The notes under the pieces are model-generated. The model had not been told where the DNA came from, did no database searches, and was given only the letters and a program-made list of their open reading frames with translations. Shown here one piece after another: positions 56,083-64,000 of a stretch of DNA of 64,000 nt; within the stretch, counting starts at the first letter, position 1, and each line of letters begins with the position of its first letter. Origin of the DNA: Caulobacterales bacterium. GTDB lineage: Bacteria > Pseudomonadota > Alphaproteobacteria > Caulobacterales > Aquidulcibacteraceae. The stretch spans positions 6,726-70,725 of the forward strand of contig JBIIUJ010000001.1 of NCBI GenBank assembly GCA_044340025.1. The letters run 5' to 3'. The translations under genes were made by a program, and so were the position numbers.

Positions 56083-56513
56083 CTCTTGGGCGCGGGCAAA
56101 GCGGCGGGTTCCGGCGCCTGGCGCCGGGAGCGGCCTTCGAAGGCGGCGCCGGCCTCGATGACGAGCTGGGCGTGCGTCACGTCGCCCTCCACACGGGCCG
56201 AGGCGGCCAATTGCACCAGCCGAGCCCCGATGGCGCCCGCTACGGCGCCGCGAACGGTTACGGATTCGGCCGTGACATCGCCGCGCACTTCGCCGGTCTG
56301 GCCGATGTTGAGCGTTGCGCAGCGCACCGGCCCGATCACGACGCCATCCACCTGGATGTCGCTGTCGGATGTGATCGCGCCTTCCACCACGCACCCTTGC
56401 GCAATGATGGTCAGCGCGCCCTTGCCGCTGGATTGGGCGAAGCGCATCGCCGGCGCGGGATCAGACGCCGCCGGAGAACCGGCGCCGCCGGAACTACCTT
56501 TCTGTCCAAACAT
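56079..56513 (-). CDS. Bactofilin family cytoskeletal protein
   Basis: 144 aa from ATG 56513. Beta-helical repeat region ..IQVDGVVIGPV..GEVRGDVTAESVTVRGAVAG..VEGDVTHAQLVIEAGAAFEG. It overlaps the upstream M23 gene by 20 nt. Confidence 0.85.
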   Translation of the reverse strand: MFGQKGSSGGAGSPAASDPAPAMRFAQSSGKGALTIIAQGCVVEGAITSDSDIQVDGVVIGPVRCATLNIGQTGEVRGDVTAESVTVRGAVAGAIGARLVQLAASARVEGDVTHAQLVIEAGAAFEGRSRRQAPEPAALPAPKS

Positions 56514-57648
56514 TACCGCCCGCCGCCATGAAACGTTCCGGATCGTAGGTCTCGCCGTGCAGGAGAACCTCGAAATGAAGGTGAGGTCCAGTAGAGCGGC
56601 CGGAATTGCCAAGCGCGCCGACAGCCTCGCCCCGCGCCACCCGATCTCCGACCGAGACCGGGAATCGCCCCGTCAGGTGAGCGTAAAGCGTGGAGAAGCC
56701 ATGGCCGTGCTCCACCTCGACGGTGTGGCCATAGCCGCTTTTCCAGCCCACGAAGGTCACAACGCCTGGCGCAGCCGCCACGATCGGCGCGCCATAGGCG
56801 GCCACCAGATCCACCCCGCCATGCCAGCCATAGCCGCCGGTGAAAGGATCGCGCCGCGGCCCGTAATCGCTGGTCAGGGCGAAAGGCTGGCTAATCGGCG
56901 CGCCGGTGGGCGCGGCCGCCAGGACCGCCTCCAGCGTGGCGGCCTCGCTCAGGCGGGCCCCGGTCTCGCGCAGCAGCCGGTCGAAGGATTGGCTCGCCTG
57001 AGCCCGCCCGCGCTCTGCAAGATAGTCGGTCAGCGGGATGAAGGGGCCGCCCTGGCCGGTGGCGCTGGCCGGCGGCTTTACGCCCATGGCCCGCAGGCTC
57101 TGGCGGGCGAGCGCCGCGCGCTCGGCGGCCTGGGCGCTCGTCTCGCGCAGGAAGGCTTCCTGCTGGCGCTTGAGCTTCTGGGTCTGATCCTCAACGGTGC
57201 GCGCGGGGGCGACAGCCTCGGCTCCGGATGCGCGCCCGCCGGTCGCGCCGGCAGGCGCAACGCCGACCGTCGTTTTCATCATCGCTTCCAGCGCGCGCTG
57301 GCGCTGTTCGATTTCGGCGAGGCTTTGCTGCAGCGCGCGGGTGCGGGCGGCAAGAATCTTCTCGGCCTCCGCCTCGCGCGCCTCGGCGGCGGCGATTCCG
57401 GCTTCATACCGGTCCTCGACCTTTGCGATGTAGGCGGCCCCGTTTCCGACCACCAGCGCGGTGAGCGATGCCCCCAGCGTCGCCACCAGCAGCCAGATCG
57501 ACAGACCGATCGCGGCTGCAATCGCGATGGTCTGCTGCGTCGTCGTGATCCGGATGAACTTCAGTTCGCCGTGGGCCTGGTGATAGATCTGGCGCTCCGG
57601 AAACCTCGATTCCAGCTCGGCGCGCAGACGTTTCAACATACGCGTCAT
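56494..57648 (-). CDS. M23 family metallopeptidase with N-terminal TM and coiled-coil (LmdC-like)
   Basis: ORF 56494..57654 (TTG), with the preferred ATG at 57648. TM IAIAAAIGLSIWLLVATLG and the LytM motifs HGGVDL and HLHFEV. Confidence 0.85.
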   Translation of the reverse strand: MTRMLKRLRAELESRFPERQIYHQAHGELKFIRITTTQQTIAIAAAIGLSIWLLVATLGASLTALVVGNGAAYIAKVEDRYEAGIAAAEAREAEAEKILAARTRALQQSLAEIEQRQRALEAMMKTTVGVAPAGATGGRASGAEAVAPARTVEDQTQKLKRQQEAFLRETSAQAAERAALARQSLRAMGVKPPASATGQGGPFIPLTDYLAERGRAQASQSFDRLLRETGARLSEAATLEAVLAAAPTGAPISQPFALTSDYGPRRDPFTGGYGWHGGVDLVAAYGAPIVAAAPGVVTFVGWKSGYGHTVEVEHGHGFSTLYAHLTGRFPVSVGDRVARGEAVGALGNSGRSTGPHLHFEVLLHGETYDPERFMAAGGNVWTER

Positions 57649-57805
57649 ACCCAACTTGTCCCCGGAACGAGCGGTGGTCCGCTCTCGTGCGCGCGCCCTT
57701 AGACGTGAACGTTTGGTTAATGCAAGAGAAATCAGCCGTTCAGGAGCGGCGCTGACGCCTGTCTGGCGTTCATCGCGCGCTCATGCAGGATGGGCCAAGA
57801 CGATC

Positions 57806-58273
57806 TCAGCTCCGCAACGCCTTCAGCACAGCATCCACATGGCCCGGAACCTTCACCTTGCGCCAGACCTGAACGATCCGGCCGTCCGGCCCGATCAGGA
57901 ATGTCGTGCGGTCCACGCCCATGTAGCGCCGGCCATGGAGGCTCTTTTCCACCCAGACGCCAAACGCCTGGCAGACGGCGCCCTCCACATCGGAGGCGAG
58001 CGTGACGGCAAGACCATGCTTGGCCTTGAAGGCGTCATGGCTGCGCACCGAATCCCGCGATATGCCGATCACCGTCGCGCCGGCGGCGGCGAAGGCGGCT
58101 GCCTCGGTCGTGAAGTCCAGAGCCTCGCGGGTGCAGCCGCTGGTATCGTCCTTTGGGTAGAAAAACAGCACGACCTTGCCGCCGAGCAGGCTGCTCAGCG
58201 TGATTGTCCCGCCGCCGTCGGTGGGCAATGTGAAATCGGGAGCCTGTTCTCCCACAGTATGCCCGTCCGCCAT
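57806..58273 (-). CDS. bcp: Thioredoxin-dependent thiol peroxidase (Bcp/PrxQ)
   Basis: 155 aa from ATG 58273: APDFTLPTDGG..VVLFFYPKDDTSGCTRE. Confidence 0.92.
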   Translation of the reverse strand: MADGHTVGEQAPDFTLPTDGGGTITLSSLLGGKVVLFFYPKDDTSGCTREALDFTTEAAAFAAAGATVIGISRDSVRSHDAFKAKHGLAVTLASDVEGAVCQAFGVWVEKSLHGRRYMGVDRTTFLIGPDGRIVQVWRKVKVPGHVDAVLKALRS

Positions 58274-58331
58274 GTCCGCTGATCCTTCTCCTGAGGCGCA
58301 AGCTGCGCCCGGCCCCACGGGAGAAGTGGGG

Positions 58332-61300
58332 ATGGCGCCGCCCCCGTCCAGAGCCCGTCGGCGATGGCGTCTACACTTCAGGCATGCGGCCGAAATCCTG
58401 GCGCTGACCATGGTCGCCATCGCTGCGCTGGTCGGGGTGCTCGCTTGGCGGCTCACAGAGGGGCCGGTCTCGCTTGCTCTCGTCAAGCCGCTGGTGGAGC
58501 GTGCGATCGCCGCGCGCGGCGCAGCGGTGGAGATAGGCGCGCTCGACGCGGTCTGGGTCGCTTCCGATCGGGAGTTGCGGCTGGTGGCGCGCGATATCGT
58601 GGTGTCCGGGCAGGAGGCAGACCGCGCCCGCGTGGAAGCGGCGTTCGCCCCCGATGCGCTCTGGCGCGGCGGTTTGCGTCTGTCGTCGATCAAGGTGCAG
58701 GGCGGCCTCTTCGGGCTGACGCTCAGTCCGCAAGGCCAGATCGCGCTGCGCGCCGGCGCGCCGGTGGCTTCCGCTGTGCGCGCGCCTGATCCCCAGCGCG
58801 CGGCGGCGCTGCGCGACGCCCTCGTGCGGCTGACCAGCCAGCGCCAGCTTGCCGGCTTTCGCGGCATGAATGTCGCCGGCTCGACGCTGGTGGTGCTGGA
58901 TCAGGCGACCGGCCTCACCTGGCGGGCCGAGGCGCTGGATATCGGCCTGGCCCAGGACGGGCGCCAGCGGGCGCTGCGCCTTCGCGCCCGGATCGTGGCT
59001 GCCGAGCGGGTCGGATCGATCGATCTGGCGCTGGCGGGCGCCGCAACCATGGAGACCGCCGGCCTTGCTGCGCGGATGGACGGGCTGTGGCCTGCGCTGC
59101 TCCTGCCGCGCGACATCGCGGTGGGGCTTGCGCTGCTGGATGCGCCTGTCTCTGGCCGGGTTGTCGCCCAGATCAGAGCCTCGCGGCTGCAGCGTGTGGA
59201 GCTGGACGCCGCCCTCGGCGCGGGGCGCATTCTGCTGGCGCAGGGCGCCCGGCCGATCGCGGGCGGCGCCCTGTCGGCCCGGCACGACGCAGCGCGCGAC
59301 ACGCTGATCGTCGAGCGCGCCCGTCTGACAGCGCCCGGCGGCGGGCTGGATGGCTCGGGCGTGATCGCAGCCCCGCTGCGCCTGCTGCAGGGCGGCGCAG
59401 CGGGGCTCGATCTGCGCGCGCGCACGATCGATCTGGGGCTGCTGGGCGTGGCGGGCATGACCGGCGTGGTGACCGAGGCGCGTCTGCTTGGCGGCTTTGA
59501 CCGCGACGCGCGTCTGCTGACAATCAGGGAGTTCCGCGCCGCGCTCGGCGGGGCGCGCGTGCGGCTGGCCGGCGAAATCGGTCTGCCGGCGGCCGATGCT
59601 GTGCGCTTTCACCCCCGGATCGCGCTGACCGGCGCGGTGGATGGCGCCTTCGAGAAGGCGACGCTGCTCTCGGTCTGGCCGACCCGGCTGGTTCCCCCGG
59701 CGCGCCGCTGGGTCGAGACAGCCTTTCTGTCGGGCATCATCAGCGGCGGCGCGGCCCGGCTGGACATCGATCCCGACGACTTCGGGCCTGAGGGCCTCGA
59801 TGCGAAGGATCTGTCGCTCTCCTGGCAGGTCCGCGACGCCGCCATCCGCTATGCGCCCGGCCTGACGCCGATCACCCAGGCCCAGGGCGCAGCGACGCTG
59901 ACCGGCAAGAGCCTGACGATTTCCGCGCTTCAGGGGCGGATCGGGTCGATCCGGCTGAGCGACGGCGCTGTCACGATCCCGCGGTTCCAGCCTCGCGGCA
60001 CGATCGTGCAGGTCAGCGCGCGCGCCGTCGGCGAGGCGGCGGCCATGGCCAATCTGCTCGATATGGGCGACCTGAAGCTTTTCTCCAAGGCGGGCGTGGC
60101 GCCGCAGCGTCTGTCTGGCGCAGCCGATGTGCGCATCCGGATCGAACGCCCGACGGCGGAGGTCGCAGGTCCCGACGCTCTGCGATGGTCTGTCTCCGGC
60201 GGGATCGAGCGCGCGGGCCTTGCCGATGCGTTTCTGGGCGAGGACCTCACCGGCGCGACCTTGCGCCTGGAAGGCGACAACGCCCAGATCCGGGTGGCGG
60301 GGCCGGGCGATCTGGGCGCCACGCGGCTGGAGCTTGTCTGGCGCGAGGCGCTTTCCGGCGGGGGGGAAACGCCCACGCTCATCCTCGCTTCCGGCGTCGC
60401 GGACGCCGCAGCGCTCGAGCTGTTCGGGATTGACGCTTCGGGACTACTGACCGGCGCGATCGAGGTGGATGTGCGCGCAGTGGGGCAAGGCGGCCGGATC
60501 GCCGGCGCGGTGGTGACGGCTGATCTGGCCGACGCCGCCATCCGCGCGCCTGGGGGCGGCTGGTCCAAGCCGCCGGGCGCGCCGGGGCAGGCGAGCTTCC
60601 GGGTGTTTCCCACCGCCGAGGCCGGGTGGCGGATCGCCGAGTTCCGTGGCGACGGGGCCGGGCTGTCGCTGGCGGGCGAGGTGACGCTGGACAAGGAAGG
60701 CGCGCTGGTTTCGGCCGATTTTCCCCGTGTGGAGTTTCAGGGGCTTGCCGCCTTTTCAGCCCGCGCTTTCCCCGACGAGGACGGATCGCGCGTGCAAGTG
60801 CGCGGCCCGTTCCTGAACCTTCAGGGCGCGGCCTCGCGTCTGTTCGCCAGCGATCCTCTGGCAGGCGAGGCCTCGCTGCGCCCCCTGAGCCTGGAGGCGA
60901 CATTCGATACGGTGCGCCTTGGGCCTGATGCGGCGTTCTCGGAGGTGTCGTTCACGGCGCGGCTCCAGGACGGCCAGGTGGCGCGCGCCAACGCTTCCGG
61001 GCGATCCCCGGCTGGGGTGTCGCGCATCACGATCACCCCGGCCGCCGGCGGCCGGCGCCGGCTGGACGCCAGCGCGGCCGACGCCGGGCTCGCCGCCCGG
61101 CTCTTCTATCCCGCCGCGACCGTGCGGGGCGGGGTAGCCACACTGATCGGGGAGATGGCGCCGCCGGGCGCCCGCCAGCCCACGCGACTGGAGCTGCGCG
61201 CCAGCAATTTCTCGGTCCAGACCCCCGCGCGGACAGCCGGGGGCGCGCCCCAGACCTATGCCTTCGATCAGCTCTACGCGCCGCTGACGCTGCGGGCCGG

Positions 61301-61652
61301 TCGGGTGGAGGTTGCAGACAGCCGCGCCTCCGGCCCCTCGCTTGGCGTCACCGCCTCCGGCCGGATCGATCTGGATGCGGGCGTGGTGGACCTTCAGGGG
61401 TCGATCGTGCCGGCCTATGCGCTGAACGCAGCGTTTGGCGACATCCCGCTGCTTGGCGGGGCGCTGGTCTCGCGGCAGGGGGAGGGGCTTTTGGCCCTCA
61501 CCTACACCCTCCGGGGACCGCTGGATAAGCCGCGGGTTCAGACCAATCCGCTTTCCGCGCTGGCGCCCGGATTTCTGCGGCGCTTGTTCGAAGCGCCCGC
61601 GTCGCGCGCTCCGCCCAGCGACATCGCCCCGCCGAGCGGCGGGGCGCCGTGA
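58332..61652 (+). CDS. Large AsmA/YhdP-like (DUF3971-type) envelope protein
   Basis: ORF 58176..61652, with the preferred ATG at 58332 (GGGAGAAG SD). N-terminal TM ILALTMVAIAALVGVLAW, a long beta-rich body, and an AsmA-like C-terminus ..GSIVPAYALNAAFGDIPLLGGAL..LTYTLRGPLDKPRVQTNPLS. Confidence 0.7.
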   Translation: MAPPPSRARRRWRLHFRHAAEILALTMVAIAALVGVLAWRLTEGPVSLALVKPLVERAIAARGAAVEIGALDAVWVASDRELRLVARDIVVSGQEADRARVEAAFAPDALWRGGLRLSSIKVQGGLFGLTLSPQGQIALRAGAPVASAVRAPDPQRAAALRDALVRLTSQRQLAGFRGMNVAGSTLVVLDQATGLTWRAEALDIGLAQDGRQRALRLRARIVAAERVGSIDLALAGAATMETAGLAARMDGLWPALLLPRDIAVGLALLDAPVSGRVVAQIRASRLQRVELDAALGAGRILLAQGARPIAGGALSARHDAARDTLIVERARLTAPGGGLDGSGVIAAPLRLLQGGAAGLDLRARTIDLGLLGVAGMTGVVTEARLLGGFDRDARLLTIREFRAALGGARVRLAGEIGLPAADAVRFHPRIALTGAVDGAFEKATLLSVWPTRLVPPARRWVETAFLSGIISGGAARLDIDPDDFGPEGLDAKDLSLSWQVRDAAIRYAPGLTPITQAQGAATLTGKSLTISALQGRIGSIRLSDGAVTIPRFQPRGTIVQVSARAVGEAAAMANLLDMGDLKLFSKAGVAPQRLSGAADVRIRIERPTAEVAGPDALRWSVSGGIERAGLADAFLGEDLTGATLRLEGDNAQIRVAGPGDLGATRLELVWREALSGGGETPTLILASGVADAAALELFGIDASGLLTGAIEVDVRAVGQGGRIAGAVVTADLADAAIRAPGGGWSKPPGAPGQASFRVFPTAEAGWRIAEFRGDGAGLSLAGEVTLDKEGALVSADFPRVEFQGLAAFSARAFPDEDGSRVQVRGPFLNLQGAASRLFASDPLAGEASLRPLSLEATFDTVRLGPDAAFSEVSFTARLQDGQVARANASGRSPAGVSRITITPAAGGRRRLDASAADAGLAARLFYPAATVRGGVATLIGEMAPPGARQPTRLELRASNFSVQTPARTAGGAPQTYAFDQLYAPLTLRAGRVEVADSRASGPSLGVTASGRIDLDAGVVDLQGSIVPAYALNAAFGDIPLLGGALVSRQGEGLLALTYTLRGPLDKPRVQTNPLSALAPGFLRRLFEAPASRAPPSDIAPPSGGAP

Positions 61653-61715
61653 CGACAGGGCTGGATTTGCGCGCTCCGCCCCGCCATAGCGGGACAAAAC
61701 ATCAGGGAGAAACGC

Positions 61716-62822
61716 ATGGCGACCGGTCCGCTTTCTGGCATGAAGATCGTGGAGTTCGCGGGCATCGGGCCCGGCCCCTTCTGCGGCATGCTCCTGTCGG
61801 ATATGGGCGCCGATGTGGTGCGGATCGATGCGCCCGGCCGTGGCGGCACGGCAGACCCGGTGACCGGGCGGGGCCGGCGCTCGGTCGCGCTGAACCTGAA
61901 AGACGCGGCTGATCTGGAGACCTGCCTCAGGCTGATCGAGCAGGCTGACGGCCTGATCGAAGGCTTCCGTCCCGGCGTGATGGAACGGCTGGGCCTTGGC
62001 CCGGATGTGGCTCTGGGGCGCAACCCGAAGCTCGTCTATGGCCGCATGACCGGCTGGGGCCAGACCGGGCCGCTGGCGCTCGCGGCAGGCCATGACATCA
62101 ATTACATCGCGCTCACCGGGGCGCTGCACGCAATGGGCCGCAGGGACGACAGCCCGGCCCCGCCCCTCAATCTCGTGGGCGATTATGGCGGCGGCGCGCT
62201 GTATCTCGCCATGGGTCTGCTAGCCGGCGTGATCCAGGCGCGCCAGACCGGCAAGGGGCAGGTGGTCGATGTCGCCATGACGGATGGCGCAGCCAGCCTG
62301 ATGAGCATGTTCTACGGCATGAAATCGATGGGCGTGTGGGGCGCCGAGCGCGACGCGAACCTGCTCGACGGCGGGGCGCATTTCTACGACACCTACGCCT
62401 GCAAGGACGGCGGCTGGGTGGCGCTCGGCTCGATCGAGCCGCAATTCTACGGCCTTCTGCTTGAAAAGGCCGGCATCACCGATCCGGATTTCCAGTCCCA
62501 GATGGACCGGAGCCTCTGGCCGTCGTTGTCGGAGAAGCTGGCCGCTGTCATCGCAACCAGGACGCGGGCGGAATGGTGCGCGCTGATGGAAGGCACTGAC
62601 GTCTGTTTCGCCCCGGTGCTCTCCATGGAGGAGGCGCCAGCCCATCCCCACAACGCCGCGCGAGAGACGTTTGTGACCTTCGCCGGCGTGACCCAGCCCG
62701 CCCCCGCGCCCCGTTTTTCGCAGACGCCGTCCGCCATCCAGCGCAAAGCCCCCAAGCCCGGGGAGCATACCGCTGAGGTGCTGGCCGATTGGGGATTGTC
62801 CGCCTCGGCGGCGGCGGAGTGA
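61716..62822 (+). CDS. CaiB/BaiF family CoA-transferase (alpha-methylacyl-CoA racemase-like)
   Basis: 368 aa: [45 protein letters not shown]. Confidence 0.88.
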   Translation: MATGPLSGMKIVEFAGIGPGPFCGMLLSDMGADVVRIDAPGRGGTADPVTGRGRRSVALNLKDAADLETCLRLIEQADGLIEGFRPGVMERLGLGPDVALGRNPKLVYGRMTGWGQTGPLALAAGHDINYIALTGALHAMGRRDDSPAPPLNLVGDYGGGALYLAMGLLAGVIQARQTGKGQVVDVAMTDGAASLMSMFYGMKSMGVWGAERDANLLDGGAHFYDTYACKDGGWVALGSIEPQFYGLLLEKAGITDPDFQSQMDRSLWPSLSEKLAAVIATRTRAEWCALMEGTDVCFAPVLSMEEAPAHPHNAARETFVTFAGVTQPAPAPRFSQTPSAIQRKAPKPGEHTAEVLADWGLSASAAAE

Positions 62823-63559
62823 GCGGGCTTGGCGGCGTCTCAGGGCGCCGGCGCATTCTGCTGATGCGCCACGGCCATGTGGACTACATGTCGGCCGAGG
62901 TGCGCGAGAGCCGTGATCCGCGCATCGCCCGCCTCACCGCGCTGGGCCAGGCGCAGGCAGAGGCCGCGGGGGCGGCGCTTGCCGATCTGGCGCTGGACGT
63001 TGCTGTCTGTTCGGGTCTGCGCCGCACGCGCGAGACGGCCGGAATCGTCCTCGCCGCCCATCCGGCCGCCCCGGTTCTGGAGGACGATCCGGGCCTCGAG
63101 GAGCTGCATTCAGGCCCATACATCGCGTTCCAGAGCCGCGAGCAGCTGGCCGCGGCTCTGACCTTCTCGTTTGAACAGGCCGGCGCGCCGGGCGCGACGT
63201 TCTTTCCCGGCGGGGAGGCCTTCGCCAGCGCGCAGGCGCGCGCCATCGCCGCGATCGAGCGCCTGCTTGCCCGCCCCGGCTGGTCTCAGGCGCTGGTGGT
63301 GGCCCATGAAGGCGTCAACCGGCTGATCCTGTCCTGGATGGCGCGCGCCGGCCTCGCTGGCGCGGTCGCGTTCGAACAGGACCTCGCCTGCATCAATGTG
63401 CTGGACTTCGATCTCGCCCCAGCCGCCGACGGCAGCGCCGGGATCGAGCGGATGATGATCAAGGCGGTGAATGTGACACCCTACGCCTGGGTGAAGGCGG
63501 GGCTGCATCTTTCGAGTTTCGAGGCGATCTTTTCCGCCGCGGCGGCCGAGGACGCCTAG
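62819..63559 (+). CDS. Histidine phosphatase (phosphoglycerate mutase) family protein
   Basis: GTG 62819 overlaps the upstream stop (GTGA). Contains the RHG motif ILLMRHGH. Confidence 0.8.
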   Translation: MSGLGGVSGRRRILLMRHGHVDYMSAEVRESRDPRIARLTALGQAQAEAAGAALADLALDVAVCSGLRRTRETAGIVLAAHPAAPVLEDDPGLEELHSGPYIAFQSREQLAAALTFSFEQAGAPGATFFPGGEAFASAQARAIAAIERLLARPGWSQALVVAHEGVNRLILSWMARAGLAGAVAFEQDLACINVLDFDLAPAADGSAGIERMMIKAVNVTPYAWVKAGLHLSSFEAIFSAAAAEDA

Positions 63560-63628
63560 TCTTGTCAGCGGCCTGGTTCGCCCCCACGATCACAGCCGCC
63601 ATCGACCCATCCCCAAGAAGGCTTCGCC

Positions 63629-64000
63629 ATGCCCCTCGACCTTGAAGCGATCGCACAGCGCGCCCGGACCGCGCCGCCGCCGCCCGTGCTCAAGGGCGTC
63701 CATCATTCTGCGTTTCGCTGCCGCGACGCGGAAGAGACGCGGAAATTCTACGAAGACATCCTTGGCCTGCCCTTGAAGGCCGCCCTCGTCTTCGAGGAGG
63801 AACCGGGAACCGGCCGGCCGCTGCCTTACATGCACCTGTTTTTCGCGCTCGGCGACGGCAATTACGTGGCGTTTTTCGATGTTCCCGGCGGCGCGCACGA
63901 AGGCAAGTTCAAGATGAAGTGGGGCATGGACCTGCACTTTGCGATGGAGGTCGCCACCTACGAGGACATGATGGCGTTCAAGCAGCGCCTCGACGATGCG
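63629..64000 (+). CDS. VOC (glyoxalase/bleomycin resistance/extradiol dioxygenase) family protein, 3'-truncated by the window edge
   Basis: ATG 63629, open to the window end: ..KGVHHSAFRCRDAEETRKFYEDILGLP..YMHLFFALGDGNYVAFFD.. It is absent from the ORF track because there is no stop inside the window. Confidence 0.7.
   Translation, partial: MPLDLEAIAQRARTAPPPPVLKGVHHSAFRCRDAEETRKFYEDILGLPLKAALVFEEEPGTGRPLPYMHLFFALGDGNYVAFFDVPGGAHEGKFKMKWGMDLHFAMEVATYEDMMAFKQRLDDA

Noticed and set aside
1-64000. Prophage, integrative element, IS or genomic-island boundaries (tRNA, integrase, transposase, att sites).
   Set aside because: No tRNA gene, recombinase or transposase-like ORF was found on either strand. 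The only mobile-looking sequences are the non-autonomous repeats reported in the findings.

Overview
This is a high-GC alphaproteobacterial chromosomal segment that is densely coding on both strands. I saw no rRNA, tRNA, CRISPR array, integrase or transposase. The cell-polarity and morphogenesis genes (divK-pleD, a PodJ-like polar factor, and a bactofilin with an M23 peptidase) point to a dimorphic, stalked or budding lineage such as the Caulobacterales, Hyphomonadaceae or Maricaulaceae. No species assignment is possible from the sequence alone.

Gene content, left to right:
- End of the ribosomal cluster (rpoA-rplQ), then a glutamine-synthetase-like ligase, rlmE, a Ppx/GppA phosphatase, hspQ and trmFO.
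- uvrA and ssb, divergent around an alpha-type SOS box.
- A lone HerA-like ATPase and pepN.
- An uncharacterised GntR-linked catabolic island: a CoA-transferase, two MmgE/PrpD paralogs, a PaaK-like ligase, an amidase and RidA.
- dinB, translationally coupled to a frameshifted ROK sugar kinase.
- divK-pleD, rpmG, an MFS transporter, a NUDIX hydrolase, a lytic transglycosylase, a family-4 UDG, ETF-QO, a TPR lipoprotein with ispE, a WecA/MraY-like transferase and an SDR.
- purF-cvpA-radA and the podJ-like gene.
- A MerR (LiuR-like) regulated fatty-acid beta-oxidation operon.
- A bactofilin/M23 pair, bcp, a large AsmA/YhdP-like protein, a CaiB-family CoA-transferase, a histidine phosphatase and a partial VOC-family gene.

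The beta-oxidation operon carries the most unusual sequence-level structure. Its intergenic gaps are filled with GC-rich nested-palindrome repeats, a DUF559 endonuclease cassette, a MITE-like element and an orphan PIN toxin.

I rank the candidates for something new in this order:
1. The unassigned PrpD/PrpD/ligase/amidase island.
2. The repeat-bracketed DUF559 cassette and its repeat family.
3. The MITE plus orphan VapC.

Limits: start codons were chosen by homology-style reading of the N-termini plus Shine-Dalgarno (SD) inspection. All functional calls come from motif and family recognition only; no database search was run.
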